Shown in pieces: positions 19,357-29,935 of a DNA stretch of 64,000 bases. The position numbers and the translations under genes were made by a program. This stretch comes from Thermomicrobiales bacterium. GTDB lineage: Bacteria > Chloroflexota > Chloroflexia > Thermomicrobiales > CFX8. Positions within the stretch are counted from its first letter, which is position 1. Each line of letters opens with the position of its first letter. Below the pieces are notes generated by a model. The model was not told the DNA's origin. It saw only the letters and a list, made by a program, of their open reading frames with translations, and searched no databases. The stretch spans positions 388,584 to 452,583 of the forward strand of contig JAWKPC010000002.1 of NCBI GenBank assembly GCA_041390865.1, read 5' to 3'.

Positions 19357-21393
19357 ATGACCAACCGACTTGCGCAGGAGACGAGCCCCTACCTGCTCCA
19401 GCACGCCGAAAATCCGGTCGACTGGTATCCGTGGGGCGAGGACGCCCTGGAGAAGGCGCGAGACGAAGACAAAGTCATCCTGCTGTCGATCGGCTATTCC
19501 GCCTGCCACTGGTGCCACGTCATGGCTCATGAGAGCTTCGAGAACGACGCGATCGCGGCGCAGATGAACGACCTCTTCGTCAACATCAAGGTCGACCGCG
19601 AGGAGCGGCCGGATATCGATTCGCTCTACATGGCGTCGGTTCAGGCGATGACCGGTCACGGCGGCTGGCCGATGACCGTCTTCCTGACGCCGGACGGTAA
19701 GCCTTTCTACGGCGGAACCTACTTTCCACCGAACGACCGCGGCGGCATGCCGGGGTTCCCGCGGGTCATGCAGGGCGTCCACGAAGCGTATCGGGACCGG
19801 CGCGAGCAGGTGGAAGCGAGCGCCGAGACGCTGGCGAACCGGCTGGGCGAGGTCTTCCGGAGCGAGCTTCCACCAGGCGCGTTGAAGCCCGAGCTGTTCG
19901 AGACCGCGCTCGACAATCTGGAGCGGCAGTACGACGAGACGAATGGCGGGTTCGCCGGCGCGCCGAAATTTCCGGCCGCGATGACCGTCGATCTGCTGCT
20001 GAGGATCCACCACCGCAACGGCAGCGATCCGGCACTCCGCATGGCCAATCACACGCTGGACAGGATGGCGCGGGGCGGGCTCTACGATCAGGTTGGCGGA
20101 GGGTTCCACCGTTATACCGTCGACGCGGTCTGGCTGGTACCGCACTTCGAGAAGATGCTCTACGACAACGCGCTTCTGGCCGATACCTATGCCCAGGCGT
20201 TCCAGGCAACCGGGGAAGCGTTCTACCGGACGATTGCCGGAGAGACGCTGGATTATGTGCTGCGGGAGATGACGTCGCCGGAAGGCGGCTTCTACTCGAC
20301 CCAGGATGCCGATACCGAAGGCGAAGAGGGGAAGTTCTTCGTCTGGAGACCGGACGAAGTGCGCGAGGTACTGGGCGATGATGCCGGCAAGGTCATCGAG
20401 CTCCTCGGTCTCACCGAGCGGGGAAACTTCGAAGGCTCGAACGTCCTCTCGATCCCGAAGCAGGAAGATCGCATGCGATGGCGTGACGATGAGTTCTCGC
20501 CTCTAAGGCAGCAGTTGTTCGATGCTCGGGCTGACCGGACACACCCCGGACGCGACGACAAGATCCTGACGTCCTGGAACGGCCTGATGATGCGCGCATT
20601 CGCCAACGCGGCCTGGATGCTGGGTTCCGAGAGGTACGCCACCGCTGCGGCCGACAACGCGCGATTCCTGAGGGATAATCTCCAGCAACAGGGCAGGCTG
20701 CTCCACTCGTACAAGGATGGCGAGGCGCGTATCGATGCGTTTCTCGAGGACTACGCATTCCTGATCGACGGCCTGCTGGCGCTCTACCGGGCGACCTTCG
20801 ATCCAGAGTGGATCGAATGGGCAACCGACCTCGCCAGAGTAGCGGTCGACAACTTCTACGATGCCGAGGAAGGCGCGTTCTACGACACGTCGTCGGCCAG
20901 CGAGCGGCTGATCGCCCGGCCGCGCGATCCGTTCGACAACGCGACGCCGTCCGGCAACAGCGTCATCGTCGATAGTCTGATCCGGCTGGCGCATCTGATC
21001 GGCGACGTCGAGTTCACCCGGCTGGCGCGGGGCGTCATCGAGGAGCACGCTGGAATCGCCGCCGAGCATCCGCACGGACTCTCTCGCCTCCTCGTCGCTG
21101 CCGATTTCGCCACCGGCCCGAGCGCCGAGATCGCGATCGTCGGTCCAGCGAACGATGCCGGGCGGCAGGATCTGCTGGATGCGTTGAGAGACGAGTACCT
21201 CCCGCGCGTTGTCGTCGCGGTGGCCGAGCCGGGCGATGGCGCGGCCGAGACGATCGATCTGCTGCTGAGCCGCGAGCTCGTTGACGGAAAATCCGCCGCC
21301 TATGTCTGCATCAACCATGCCTGCCAGATGCCGGTGACGGAACCGGACGCAATGCTCGAGCAGGCCCGGAGTCTGGTCGGTGAAAGAGGTTAA
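19357..21393 (+). CDS. Thioredoxin-domain protein of the YyaL/DUF255 (SSP411-like) family
   Basis: 678 aa. N-terminus [47 protein letters not shown], then a six-hairpin glycosidase-like region. Confidence 0.9.
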   Translation: MTNRLAQETSPYLLQHAENPVDWYPWGEDALEKARDEDKVILLSIGYSACHWCHVMAHESFENDAIAAQMNDLFVNIKVDREERPDIDSLYMASVQAMTGHGGWPMTVFLTPDGKPFYGGTYFPPNDRGGMPGFPRVMQGVHEAYRDRREQVEASAETLANRLGEVFRSELPPGALKPELFETALDNLERQYDETNGGFAGAPKFPAAMTVDLLLRIHHRNGSDPALRMANHTLDRMARGGLYDQVGGGFHRYTVDAVWLVPHFEKMLYDNALLADTYAQAFQATGEAFYRTIAGETLDYVLREMTSPEGGFYSTQDADTEGEEGKFFVWRPDEVREVLGDDAGKVIELLGLTERGNFEGSNVLSIPKQEDRMRWRDDEFSPLRQQLFDARADRTHPGRDDKILTSWNGLMMRAFANAAWMLGSERYATAAADNARFLRDNLQQQGRLLHSYKDGEARIDAFLEDYAFLIDGLLALYRATFDPEWIEWATDLARVAVDNFYDAEEGAFYDTSSASERLIARPRDPFDNATPSGNSVIVDSLIRLAHLIGDVEFTRLARGVIEEHAGIAAEHPHGLSRLLVAADFATGPSAEIAIVGPANDAGRQDLLDALRDEYLPRVVVAVAEPGDGAAETIDLLLSRELVDGKSAAYVCINHACQMPVTEPDAMLEQARSLVGERG

Positions 21394-21398
21394 CTCTC

Positions 21399-22049
21399 TT
21401 GGTTGCGAAATCCGGGGCCTCCCCGATTGCGGACGAGATCAACCGGCGAATCGAAGGCCTTCAGGACCGCTCGACCGGTGCGGTGCGGAAGGTCCGACGT
21501 GAATACTCGAAGCGGCTGCGGACGGAATCGCCGGACGTGGTCCGAGCCGTCGCGATGGCACTGCTGGAGCGGCATCGCTGGGTTGCCTACGAGCTTCTCT
21601 ATCATCATCCGGATGGCTTCAATGGAGTTGGCATCGACGAAGTCGAAGCGCTCGGCAGGGGGCTGGATAGCTGGGCCAGCGTCGACGCGTTTGCCCGTTA
21701 CATTTCGGGAGCCGCATGGCAGCGGGGCCTGATCTCGGATGATGACGTTCGCCGGTGGACGACATCTCCGGACCGTTTCTGGCGCAGGGCGGCCCTTGTT
21801 TCGACGGTGCCGCTGAACTTGCGGGCTGCCGGCGGCACCGGGGATGCCCGGCGGACGCTCGAGATCTGCACCTTACTGGTCGACGACAGAGACGACACCG
21901 TCGTGAAGGCCCTGTCCTGGGCGCTTCGCGAACTGGTGCTCTGGGATCCGGACGCGGTCCGGTCTTTTGTCGACGAGCATGACGACGTTCTTGCGGCGAG
22001 AGTGAAGCGAGAGGTACGGAGCAAGCTGGAGACGGGCAGGAAGAACTGA
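21399..22049 (+). CDS. DNA alkylation repair (AlkD-like HEAT-repeat) protein
   Basis: 216 aa with a helical-repeat pattern and typical segments (RKVRREYSKRL, RFWRRAALVSTVPLN, VVKALSWALREL). Starts on TTG. Confidence 0.6.
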   Translation: MVAKSGASPIADEINRRIEGLQDRSTGAVRKVRREYSKRLRTESPDVVRAVAMALLERHRWVAYELLYHHPDGFNGVGIDEVEALGRGLDSWASVDAFARYISGAAWQRGLISDDDVRRWTTSPDRFWRRAALVSTVPLNLRAAGGTGDARRTLEICTLLVDDRDDTVVKALSWALRELVLWDPDAVRSFVDEHDDVLAARVKREVRSKLETGRKN

Positions 22050-22221
22050 GGCTGGCTCCTCCCCTGCCCCCTCCTCGAATTCGAGGGAGGGGATCTGCGC
22101 GCTACGGCTAGGTTTCAGGGCTGAGCAATGGGCTTGACCGGATTCCGGGCTCACCTCCAGCGACGACGGAAACACAGCTGCTCGCATTACACGGTTTCAC
22201 GGTGACCAGAGCAGGAGACTC

Positions 22222-22309
22222 GTAGGGGGCGTGATGAATCACGTCCGCGCTTGGAGGCCACATACGTACGATGGTTGGGTCTACCGGGCGTGATGATTCA
22301 CGCCCCTAC
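22222..22309. repeat. Dispersed ~88-bp repeat, copy A, with terminal inverted repeats
   Basis: Termini are gtagggggcgtga...tcacgcccctac. It contains two cgtgatga[a/t]tcacg palindromes. A second, diverged copy lies at 5754-5840. Confidence 0.6.
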
Positions 22310-22380
22310 ACCATCGCGCCATATATTGCCGGAAACAGTATTATGAGGGCCGCATCTTCCTGCAACCTACGAACTACCAA

Positions 22381-23352
22381 CTACAAACTCACCCCGGGAA
22401 GTCCGACGCCGGGGGCGGGGCGTTCGAGGAGGACATCGCGGCGGAAGCGGAAGAGTTCGGCGGGGCGTCCTCCGGTGCCGGTCGTCTTGCCGGTGCCCTC
22501 GACGAGACCGGCTCGCTCGACCAATCGCCGGAAGTTCTGCTTGTGGAGCCTGGTGCCGCTGAGCGCCTCGACGACCTGCTGCAGCTGGAGCAGCGTGAAG
22601 ACTTCCGGCAGAAGCTCGAAGACGACCGGGCGATACTGGATCTTCCCGCGAATGCGGCTGATAGCCGTGGCTGTGATCCTGCGGTGGTCGTAGGCCAGCG
22701 GCCGGCCCGGAACGAGTTGGACGCCGTCGAGATCGAGTGGCGCGGAGCTGGATATGGCCAGATCCTGGTGGAACTCCTCGACGAGCCCGGCTTCCCAGAG
22801 CAGCTCGTAGCGATCGAGAGCCCGTTCGGGATCCCAGTGGGACGTCCCGGCGCCGAATGCGATCGCGATCCGGTCCCGGCGCTGGCCGGCGGATGCTTCC
22901 GTTCCTGCGCCGTCCGCCCAGTCCTCGAGGGCGGGAAGGATCGTCGACTCGATCATCTCCGGTCTGCCGGTGCGGTGATCCTCCCACGGGAAGAGGCGAT
23001 ACCAGCCCTGCCACCAGACGCCGGGAGAAGCGGGCAGCTCTCGTTCCCGGATCAGGGCCAGATAGGTGACCGAGAGGACCCGGGCCGGCTCGGAAAGCTC
23101 CCGGTTCAGATCACCGAAGGTATAGAGCTGCTCGACATAACCGAGCTCCAGTCCGGTCCGCTCCCGAACCCAGCGCCGGACGCCAAGCTCGAGCGTGCGA
23201 TCCCGCTCGGCGTCGAGCTGACCGAATGGCAGCGTCGGCCGGGCGTCTTTCCCTTGGAGAGTGAGAATGCGCGGCGTACCGTCGGTGACGGCGACGATAG
23301 CGGCATTGAGGCGGACAACGATCGGTAGTGGCACTTGGACTTCCGTCGACAC
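22381..23352 (-). CDS. NrtR-like regulator (degenerate Nudix domain + C-terminal winged helix)
   Basis: 323 aa with a degenerate Nudix box around ELGVRRWVRERTGLELG. The C-terminal wHTH-like segment is FTLLQLQQVVEALSGTRLHKQNFRRLVERAGLVE. Confidence 0.55.
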   Translation of the reverse strand: MSTEVQVPLPIVVRLNAAIVAVTDGTPRILTLQGKDARPTLPFGQLDAERDRTLELGVRRWVRERTGLELGYVEQLYTFGDLNRELSEPARVLSVTYLALIRERELPASPGVWWQGWYRLFPWEDHRTGRPEMIESTILPALEDWADGAGTEASAGQRRDRIAIAFGAGTSHWDPERALDRYELLWEAGLVEEFHQDLAISSSAPLDLDGVQLVPGRPLAYDHRRITATAISRIRGKIQYRPVVFELLPEVFTLLQLQQVVEALSGTRLHKQNFRRLVERAGLVEGTGKTTGTGGRPAELFRFRRDVLLERPAPGVGLPGVSL

Positions 23353-23393
23353 TGAACGTTTCGCATCGTCGTGAGTGTACCGACTGGCTTCGA

Positions 23394-24524
23394 TCAGCCG
23401 TCATGCCCGCATGCCGGAAAGGTGTTGTCGAGCCACTCCACCGCCGCATCCAGGACGGGATCATCCGTCCGCGGCTGCGTCGACCCATCGGCCTCGATCT
23501 GTACATCCGGGATGATCGATGCATCGTATGGCTGGCCGGTGCGATCCGCCATGCGGGCGACGGTGAGGATGATCCACGCTCCGTCGGGCATCTCGTAGAC
23601 ATCGTTTGACGTCGGGACACCTGCGGTCGCCTGCCCGAAGCTTCGGGTTTCCGGCCTGCCGCGGAACGCGATCGCAACGGCTTCCCCCGAGCTTCCCGTT
23701 TCGTGGCCGGTCAGGACCGCGACCGGTGGTTGCGGGTTCTCGGGGATGTAAGCGGGCGCCTTCGCCCAGAGGACGTCTCCTTCATAGGCTCTGCCGTCCC
23801 TGATCGTCCAGTCGATGGATGAGCCGTCCGGATAGACGAAGGAGCCGACGACGCCGTCACCAAGGATCGGGCTGATGCCGGCCAGCATCGGCCACATGTT
23901 GCCGCCGGAGTTCTCCCGCAGATCGACGATCCAGCCGCAGACCTCCGGACTGTCAAGCTGACGGATGACCTGCACGGCCGTCTCCGCGTATTGCCCGGCT
24001 GCTTCGCCGGTCCCGGTGACGCGCGGCAACTCGAAGTAGGCGATGCCGTGCTCCAGCCGGCGCCCCTCCGGCATCGGGCCGGATGGCGATCCATGTTCGG
24101 CAGATCGGGCGGCGATCGGGTTCAGGAACGCGCTGTGATCGTCGCCGAGCAGATCCAATGTGTCACGGAGGATCTCGTAGATTTCCAGCCTGGTCTCGAC
24201 TGTGGACGCGCGTTCATGCGCCCGGGCCCGAACGGTGGGCCAGTCGACTTCGGACCGGTAGAGTGCGTTCTGCTCGATGTAGTCCAGTCCCTCGTCAAGG
24301 TAGGCGATCCATTCCTGGCGAGGAAGCGTTGCTGCCGGTTGTGCGGTCGGGGACGGCGTTGCGGGAACGATGGCTGCAGCCGTTGCCGTAGGCGACGAGA
24401 TGGCTGATCTGGTCGGGGGAGCCGTCGAGACCGGCTGCGGCGTGGCTGTGTCGGTCATCCGGGCAGCCCCGGAACAGCCGCTAAGGATCATGAAGATGGT
24501 TGCCAGCAGCCAGAAGGGTTTCAC
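23394..24524 (-). CDS. S41-family peptidase, predicted lipoprotein
   Basis: Lipobox signal MKPFWLLATIFMILSGC. S41 motifs IVDLRENSGGN and LTGHETGSSGEAVA. Confidence 0.7.
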   Translation of the reverse strand: MKPFWLLATIFMILSGCSGAARMTDTATPQPVSTAPPTRSAISSPTATAAAIVPATPSPTAQPAATLPRQEWIAYLDEGLDYIEQNALYRSEVDWPTVRARAHERASTVETRLEIYEILRDTLDLLGDDHSAFLNPIAARSAEHGSPSGPMPEGRRLEHGIAYFELPRVTGTGEAAGQYAETAVQVIRQLDSPEVCGWIVDLRENSGGNMWPMLAGISPILGDGVVGSFVYPDGSSIDWTIRDGRAYEGDVLWAKAPAYIPENPQPPVAVLTGHETGSSGEAVAIAFRGRPETRSFGQATAGVPTSNDVYEMPDGAWIILTVARMADRTGQPYDASIIPDVQIEADGSTQPRTDDPVLDAAVEWLDNTFPACGHDG

Positions 24525-24645
24525 ACTGCCCTACTTCGGATTCGTCGATAGTTCATCTGGAAAGAACTACGACGAAGACGGAAGTATGTGACGGCTTGAG
24601 CGGGGGTACGGTACAGGGAGTTGGTTCGGGTTGAAGGTTGCCGGA

Positions 24646-24996
24646 CTAGACGCGGATCATGTGTTCGATGTCGAGCAGGTGCTCGGTCAGCGTCGGGCGA
24701 ATGCGCCGGGCATCGATGCCGGGCTCCGTGAGCACGATCAACCGGAGATCGCTGCCGCTGACGACGTGAATAGCTCCGAACTCCGAGACGACGTCCCAGT
24801 AATTTGGTCCGTCTTCTCCCGGCCGGTCTACCACGACCGCGGTTGCCGCCAGATGCTCGGCATCCGGTACGTTGGTCGCCGCGTTGGCGACGAGCAAGCC
24901 GTCGACCGTCGTGATGACGGCTCCCAGGATCGCCTGGTATTCGAGAAGGTCGAGCAACCTGCTCTCAACTCCGGAACCACGGCTACCTGCCGGCAT
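24646..24996 (-). CDS. Roadblock/LC7 (MglB-like) domain protein
   Basis: 116 aa from the ATG at 24994-24996. The pattern GAVITTVDGLLVA...HVVSGSDLRLIVLTEPG is typical of Roadblock/LC7. The upstream part of the track ORF is Arg-rich and implausible. Confidence 0.7.
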   Translation of the reverse strand: MPAGSRGSGVESRLLDLLEYQAILGAVITTVDGLLVANAATNVPDAEHLAATAVVVDRPGEDGPNYWDVVSEFGAIHVVSGSDLRLIVLTEPGIDARRIRPTLTEHLLDIEHMIRV

Positions 24997-25124
24997 AGTT
25001 GCATCCTGCTTCCGTCTGCTGGTCAGCCATAGCTTTGCTCCTTCGCCAGGCCGGTCCCGGTTTCCTGGTCGCCGATTCCTGCGGGCGCACAACCTGCGCC
25101 CGCAGGAATCGCGATCACATCGGA

Positions 25125-28100
25125 CTACATCTTGATTTCGCGCATGAGACGCCGGGTAGCCATCGCCATCGAGGCATGGTTGCGCGCCTGGGCGCCATCG
25201 CCGCGCCGCCGGTAAATGTCGGCCAGCAGCCTGTGGGCCAGATCCGCTTCGAGATCGTTGTAGGCGCATTGCTCCAGCGACGTGATGATGGCATTGTGGC
25301 GGCCCGGGGCGTGCCGGATGAGCCAGCGATACTCGGTAAATGCCGCGTGAATCTCACCCTGATCCAGCAGGGCTTCGGCGTACTCCCAGCGAGCTTCGTC
25401 GTCGCGCGGATCGGCTTCTACTCTTGCCTGCAACGCATCAAGCTCGCCCGAGTCCGCGGCTCGCTCCTCGAGATCGACCTGATCGAATTCTTCGACAGCT
25501 TCCGATTCCGTTTCGGTCAGCGGCGCTTCCGGTTCGCTCATCTCGACAGGTAGGTCTTCAATCCCGGCCGGTTCGTCGGCTTCCAGTGCAGGAAGCATAC
25601 GGTCGCCTTTGATTGTGCCCTGGTCGACGAGGGCGGCCTTTGCCTGGCGAGTGCGCTCGAAGAGATCGCCGTCCACTACCAGTTGATCGGCTGTCGGGGT
25701 GACGACGTTCGCGTGCGGTTCGACGGTCTCCTCGATGGTCGCGCCGACATCCGAGGCCTGGACCATTTCGACAGGAGCGCGGCCCTGGTCCCGATTCAGC
25801 CGGTCGAGGTTCTCTCGTGCTGCCTGCTCGACTTCAGCCATGCGCTGTTCGAATTGCGGGTCGAGCGATCCGCTGGTCAGCTCCTGGGTGATGTCCAGAT
25901 GATGGTCAACGCCGTCTGGTAGCTCGGGATCGAGCAGCGGCTCTTCGTCGGGGGCCGCTTCGGAAACCTCGTTGAGCAGCTCCTGGACGTTCAGTCCGGC
26001 GCTCTCATCCTGTTGTTCCCAGGGAAGCACGCCGAACTCGAACGAATCCGATCCCTCAACATCCTCGAAGTCCTCGAGGGCGAAGGGTTCGAGTCCTGGA
26101 ACATCTTCCAGCCCGCCGAGCGTGTCCGATACGTTTTCGGTTGGCTGCGGTTCCGGCTGGGGGGCTTCCCCGGCAGGAGTCTCCGGTTGCGCGGTCGGGC
26201 GCGCCGGCGCTGCGGGTTCCACCGAGGTGACGAAGTCCATGTCCTCATCGTCGAGCGCGAACGGCTCGAGACCGAAGTCATCAATATCCAGCAGCTGGTC
26301 GTTGCCGCTGTCTCCACCGGGCGTCGCCGATGCAAGCTGGGCGTCGATCTCGTCCCATCCTTCGGCAAGTGAGGGGAATGCCGGGCTCTCGTCCGATGAT
26401 TCCTCGCTTGAGGGCTGCCCCGCGCCGGTCGCCGTGCGCGTCGGATCGAAGGGGGCCAATCCCTCGTTGCCAAGCTCTCCAAGTAGACGGGTGAAGCCGG
26501 TGCCGGACTGGACGGCCGGCGGCGCTGCGGCCGGTTCGGGTTCGATCGAGCTGTCTGCAGGTTCCGATTTCGCGGCCGTCGGTTCCTGCTCCTCGGATTC
26601 GCCGAGGATCATCGTGCCGCGATCCACCTCATCGACGTCCATCTCTGCGTCGGGTTCTTCGACGTCGGGAAGTTCGGGGAAGTCGTCATCGTCTCCCGAT
26701 GCATTGCCGAGGCTGCCACCGCCGCTGAAAAAGCCGGGGGCGACTTTTGGCGGTCCTCCGCCGATCTGAACGGCGTCCGGATCCTCGATCTTGATGTCGA
26801 AATCGATATCCGAATCTTCGAAGAATCCGGAGGACTTCTGGACGGGCTCGCCATCCGATGCGCCGAAGTCATCCAGGCTCATCGGTTCGATGCCTTCGAA
26901 GTCACCCAGCAGGTCGCCAAGCTCGGCGTCGTCGACCGGCTCATCGGAAAACGGAGGAGTGGGGTCGTCTCCAAGCTCCATGTCGAGCAGGTTGAGACTG
27001 GGTACGGAGACTTCTTCATCCCCGTCGTCAAAACTAAATGGCTCTTCATCAATCGGCTCTTCCGACATCGATTCGTCCGCGAAATGTTCGGCGATGTCGT
27101 CCATGGTTTCTTCGGCTGCCGCCGGGGATACCGGTTCGACCTCGACCGTGTCCGGCTCTTCTTCGGCCTCGATTGTTTCCGGAACAAAGGAGGACGTCGT
27201 CGGTTCCACCGGGATCTCCGGCATCTCGTCGGAGAACTCTTCAAGGCGGATCGGCTGGAGATCGTCGATATCGGTTATCTCGTCGGATTCTTGATCCGGT
27301 TGGAAGGTGAAGTCGGGGGCCGGCACGAATTGCGGGCGCTCGCTGACGACGGCGTCGGCCCGTTCTTCGAGCACCGGCTGATGCTCGGGGTCGACGAGCA
27401 GGAAATCGGCGTCGGCGTCCGGCTGCCTCGCAAGCATCGCAGCGGCGATCATGCTGTCGGGGTCGAGGCGCCGCAAGCGCTCGCGGTACTCCAGCGCCAG
27501 GTCGGTATCGCCGGTGCGGTGTTCGAGGTCAGCCAGAATGACAAGCGCCGGAACGAGCTCGCTGTGATCTTTCAGAAACTCGCGGGCGATCTCGGCTGCG
27601 TCCGGGTTCTCACCGAGGATCCAGAGCGTCTCGGCCAATCCCATCCAGAGATCAATCCGGTCAGGTAGGGCGATCAGCGCCGACTGGTACTCCTTGATGG
27701 CCCGGCGCAATCGAGCGCCGTTGGCGTGAATCTGGGCCAGGGCGGCGTGAGTCAGCCGCAGCCTGCCGTCGGAGCCGTAGCGCTTCTCGGCGACGCGGTT
27801 GATCGGTTCACGGTACTGGGCGTCGTATGGAGCAAGCTCCCAGGCGACCTGGCAATAGGCCAGCGCGTGCTCGAGCACGCCGCGGTCCTCAGCGATCAGG
27901 CCCAGACCGAGGTAGGCTGAGGCGTCGCGGGGATCATGAGAGAGCAGGCGGGCGAACCAGGTCTCCGCCTCGGCGGAATCCCCCTGTTCGAGGTACGCCA
28001 GCCCGAGCAAACGGTGTGCCGCGCTGTAATGCGGGTACTGGTCGATGATGTTTGTACACGATTCAACGACGGAGCGATAGTCTCCGTTGTCAAAGGCTGT

Positions 28101-28139
28101 CTGCGCCTGTTCGATCGTGGCACCGAGAGAATTGCTCAT
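25125..28139 (-). CDS. TPR-repeat protein with a ~600-aa hyper-acidic disordered central linker
   Basis: 1004 aa. The N-terminal ~250 aa and C-terminal ~140 aa have TPR-like helical repeats. The centre is D/E/P-rich with recurring [LI]-[EQ]-P-[FMI]-x-[LF]-[DE]-[DE] motifs. Confidence 0.8.
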   Translation of the reverse strand: MSNSLGATIEQAQTAFDNGDYRSVVESCTNIIDQYPHYSAAHRLLGLAYLEQGDSAEAETWFARLLSHDPRDASAYLGLGLIAEDRGVLEHALAYCQVAWELAPYDAQYREPINRVAEKRYGSDGRLRLTHAALAQIHANGARLRRAIKEYQSALIALPDRIDLWMGLAETLWILGENPDAAEIAREFLKDHSELVPALVILADLEHRTGDTDLALEYRERLRRLDPDSMIAAAMLARQPDADADFLLVDPEHQPVLEERADAVVSERPQFVPAPDFTFQPDQESDEITDIDDLQPIRLEEFSDEMPEIPVEPTTSSFVPETIEAEEEPDTVEVEPVSPAAAEETMDDIAEHFADESMSEEPIDEEPFSFDDGDEEVSVPSLNLLDMELGDDPTPPFSDEPVDDAELGDLLGDFEGIEPMSLDDFGASDGEPVQKSSGFFEDSDIDFDIKIEDPDAVQIGGGPPKVAPGFFSGGGSLGNASGDDDDFPELPDVEEPDAEMDVDEVDRGTMILGESEEQEPTAAKSEPADSSIEPEPAAAPPAVQSGTGFTRLLGELGNEGLAPFDPTRTATGAGQPSSEESSDESPAFPSLAEGWDEIDAQLASATPGGDSGNDQLLDIDDFGLEPFALDDEDMDFVTSVEPAAPARPTAQPETPAGEAPQPEPQPTENVSDTLGGLEDVPGLEPFALEDFEDVEGSDSFEFGVLPWEQQDESAGLNVQELLNEVSEAAPDEEPLLDPELPDGVDHHLDITQELTSGSLDPQFEQRMAEVEQAARENLDRLNRDQGRAPVEMVQASDVGATIEETVEPHANVVTPTADQLVVDGDLFERTRQAKAALVDQGTIKGDRMLPALEADEPAGIEDLPVEMSEPEAPLTETESEAVEEFDQVDLEERAADSGELDALQARVEADPRDDEARWEYAEALLDQGEIHAAFTEYRWLIRHAPGRHNAIITSLEQCAYNDLEADLAHRLLADIYRRRGDGAQARNHASMAMATRRLMREIKM

Positions 28140-28510
28140 TGTTTACCTGTACCCTTGAACGTTCGACGTGTCGCAATTGCTGTGCGCGGCCCGTTTCGGG
28201 AAAATCCGATATGCCCGACGCACAGTAGGCAAGAACCGCGGCACCTGCATTATATGGAGCTAAGCCGTATTGCCATAGCCTAACTGGTAGCCGATTACTC
28301 CCAAAATGGCGATTCGTCTCCCGTTAGCGAGGGGATGCACCGCCGGACCGATGTGCGGCACTTGCTGTCTCGACGCGACTATTGTGCCAATCCGGCAAGA
28401 CTCCAACCCCCGTACGGGCCCATCAGGACTTTCTGCTCTCAACATCCATTTCACAAGCTCCGAAAATGTAGAATAGGAGTCAGATCTCCCGGGGGACTGA
28501 CTCGAAGGTA

Positions 28511-29935
28511 TTGGGAGGCAGCAGCTCACGATGGGCGAATTGCCTGTTCCTCGATGAAAAGCAATCGCCGGGAAGCGGTCGTACCAACTTGAGTCAGGAT
28601 CGACTTCATACTTACAAGTGTAATGCGTATGTCGCTATGGTGGCTGCATTAGCAGTCGCCTTTCTTGCGACATCGTTTTCACTTGTTCCGGTGGAAGTCA
28701 GTGCCGGACTGCTCCTGACCGCGGCGCTGCTCGGCATCCTCAGTCTCATCTTCGAAGTCGGCATCGCATTCCCGCTACTCATCCATGGTGCGACGAGTTT
28801 CTCGACCGTCACCTTTATGGCGATGGTCTTCCTCCTGCCGTTCCCGACACCGGCGATCATTGGCGCGGTCGTCGTGGTGATCAACGATCTCTGGGAACGC
28901 AAGCCGCTCCGTAGTCTGATCTTCAACTTTTCCAACTACGCGCTGACGTTCGGGCTCGCATCCTGGGCCTGGTACAGCTACAGCAATGGCCGGCTGATCC
29001 ACGAACTGCCACTGACGATTGAATCGCTGGTTGTGATTCTGTCGATTCTCGCGATCTTCTATCTGGTCAATGTCTTTACCCTCAATGGTTACCTTGCAGT
29101 CGCGAACCGCCGTCCTTTCAGCTACATCTGGCTGACCCAGGACGCCGAGTTCCTGCTGCCCTATGTCAGCCTGCAGGTCGTCGGGATGCTCTTCGCCGCG
29201 CTATGGGGAACCGCGCCAGCGGCGATTCCCTTCCTGGTCGTACCTGCCGTGACGACCTATCTGGCCTTCGAGACGATCAAACGGCTCCAGAGCCAGACCC
29301 AGGATGCGATGATCGCCATGGCCGACGCGATCGATGCCAGAGATCCCTACACCGCCGAGCATTCGCAACGGGTGACGGACCTCGCGGTACGCATCGCCGA
29401 GGTCTACGGGCTGCGCGCGCAGGAGATCGACCGGGTTGAGCTGGCGGCCCGGGTGCATGACCTCGGGAAAATCGGGATCAGCGACGCGATCCTTAACAAG
29501 CCCGGCCGGCTGGAGGATCACGAATGGGATCTGATGAAGGCGCACCCTGTCATCGGCGAGCAGCTTCTCGGTCCATACCGGCAGTTCCGACACGAATCGA
29601 CGATTGTGCGCTATCACCACGAACGGTGGGATGGCCGGGGATATCCGGACGGGATCAAGGGCAACGACATCCCGATCGGATCGAGAATCATCGCTGTTGC
29701 CGACTCTTTCGACGCCATGACCTCCGACCGTCCCTATCGGAAGGCCCTTCCGGACGAGGTCGCTCTGGATGAGATCCGCAAGGGCGCCTTGAGCCAGTTC
29801 GACCCGCAGGTGGTCGCGAGTTTCCTGCATGTGATGGACGACATGTCGAAGGTTACGCCGATCAAGCGCGCCTCGGAGCACTCGGCAACGGCTAGCCCGG
29901 TCGAAGAGATCCGACAGGTGTCCGGCGCGAACTAG
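28511..29935 (+). CDS. Membrane-anchored HD-GYP domain protein (c-di-GMP phosphodiesterase family)
   Basis: An N-terminal multi-TM region, then HD-GYP motifs: HSQRV, HDLGKIGISDAILNKPGRL, HHERWDGRGYPDG. The start is uncertain: TTG 28511, TTG 28583 or ATG 28637. Confidence 0.9.
   Translation: MGGSSSRWANCLFLDEKQSPGSGRTNLSQDRLHTYKCNAYVAMVAALAVAFLATSFSLVPVEVSAGLLLTAALLGILSLIFEVGIAFPLLIHGATSFSTVTFMAMVFLLPFPTPAIIGAVVVVINDLWERKPLRSLIFNFSNYALTFGLASWAWYSYSNGRLIHELPLTIESLVVILSILAIFYLVNVFTLNGYLAVANRRPFSYIWLTQDAEFLLPYVSLQVVGMLFAALWGTAPAAIPFLVVPAVTTYLAFETIKRLQSQTQDAMIAMADAIDARDPYTAEHSQRVTDLAVRIAEVYGLRAQEIDRVELAARVHDLGKIGISDAILNKPGRLEDHEWDLMKAHPVIGEQLLGPYRQFRHESTIVRYHHERWDGRGYPDGIKGNDIPIGSRIIAVADSFDAMTSDRPYRKALPDEVALDEIRKGALSQFDPQVVASFLHVMDDMSKVTPIKRASEHSATASPVEEIRQVSGAN

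Noticed and set aside
18730-20145. A 471-aa minus-strand ORF spanning the MarR gene and running antisense through the YyaL gene.
   Set aside because: Only the C-terminal 149 aa (18730-19179) show MarR features and have a proper ATG. The upstream 320 aa are low-complexity antisense of a well-supported + strand gene and cross the divergent promoter.
22367-23677. Arg-rich ORFs 22367-23014(-), 23111-23677(-) and 22543-23328(+) overlapping the NrtR-like and S41 genes.
   Set aside because: These are alternative frames of well-supported genes, with extreme Arg/Pro bias and no motifs.
28216-28300. Possible c-di-GMP-I (GEMM) riboswitch upstream of the HD-GYP gene: gacgcacagtaggcaagaacc...ggagctaagcc...ctggtagccgattac resembles ACGCACAGGGCAAACC...GACGCAAAGCC...GGUAGGUAGCGGGGUUAC.
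   Set aside because: Only patchy primary-sequence resemblance. I could not draw the P1b hairpin with a GNRA tetraloop or a convincing P2/P3, and key conserved positions differ. A cmsearch with RF01051 would settle it, and a significant hit would overturn this rejection.
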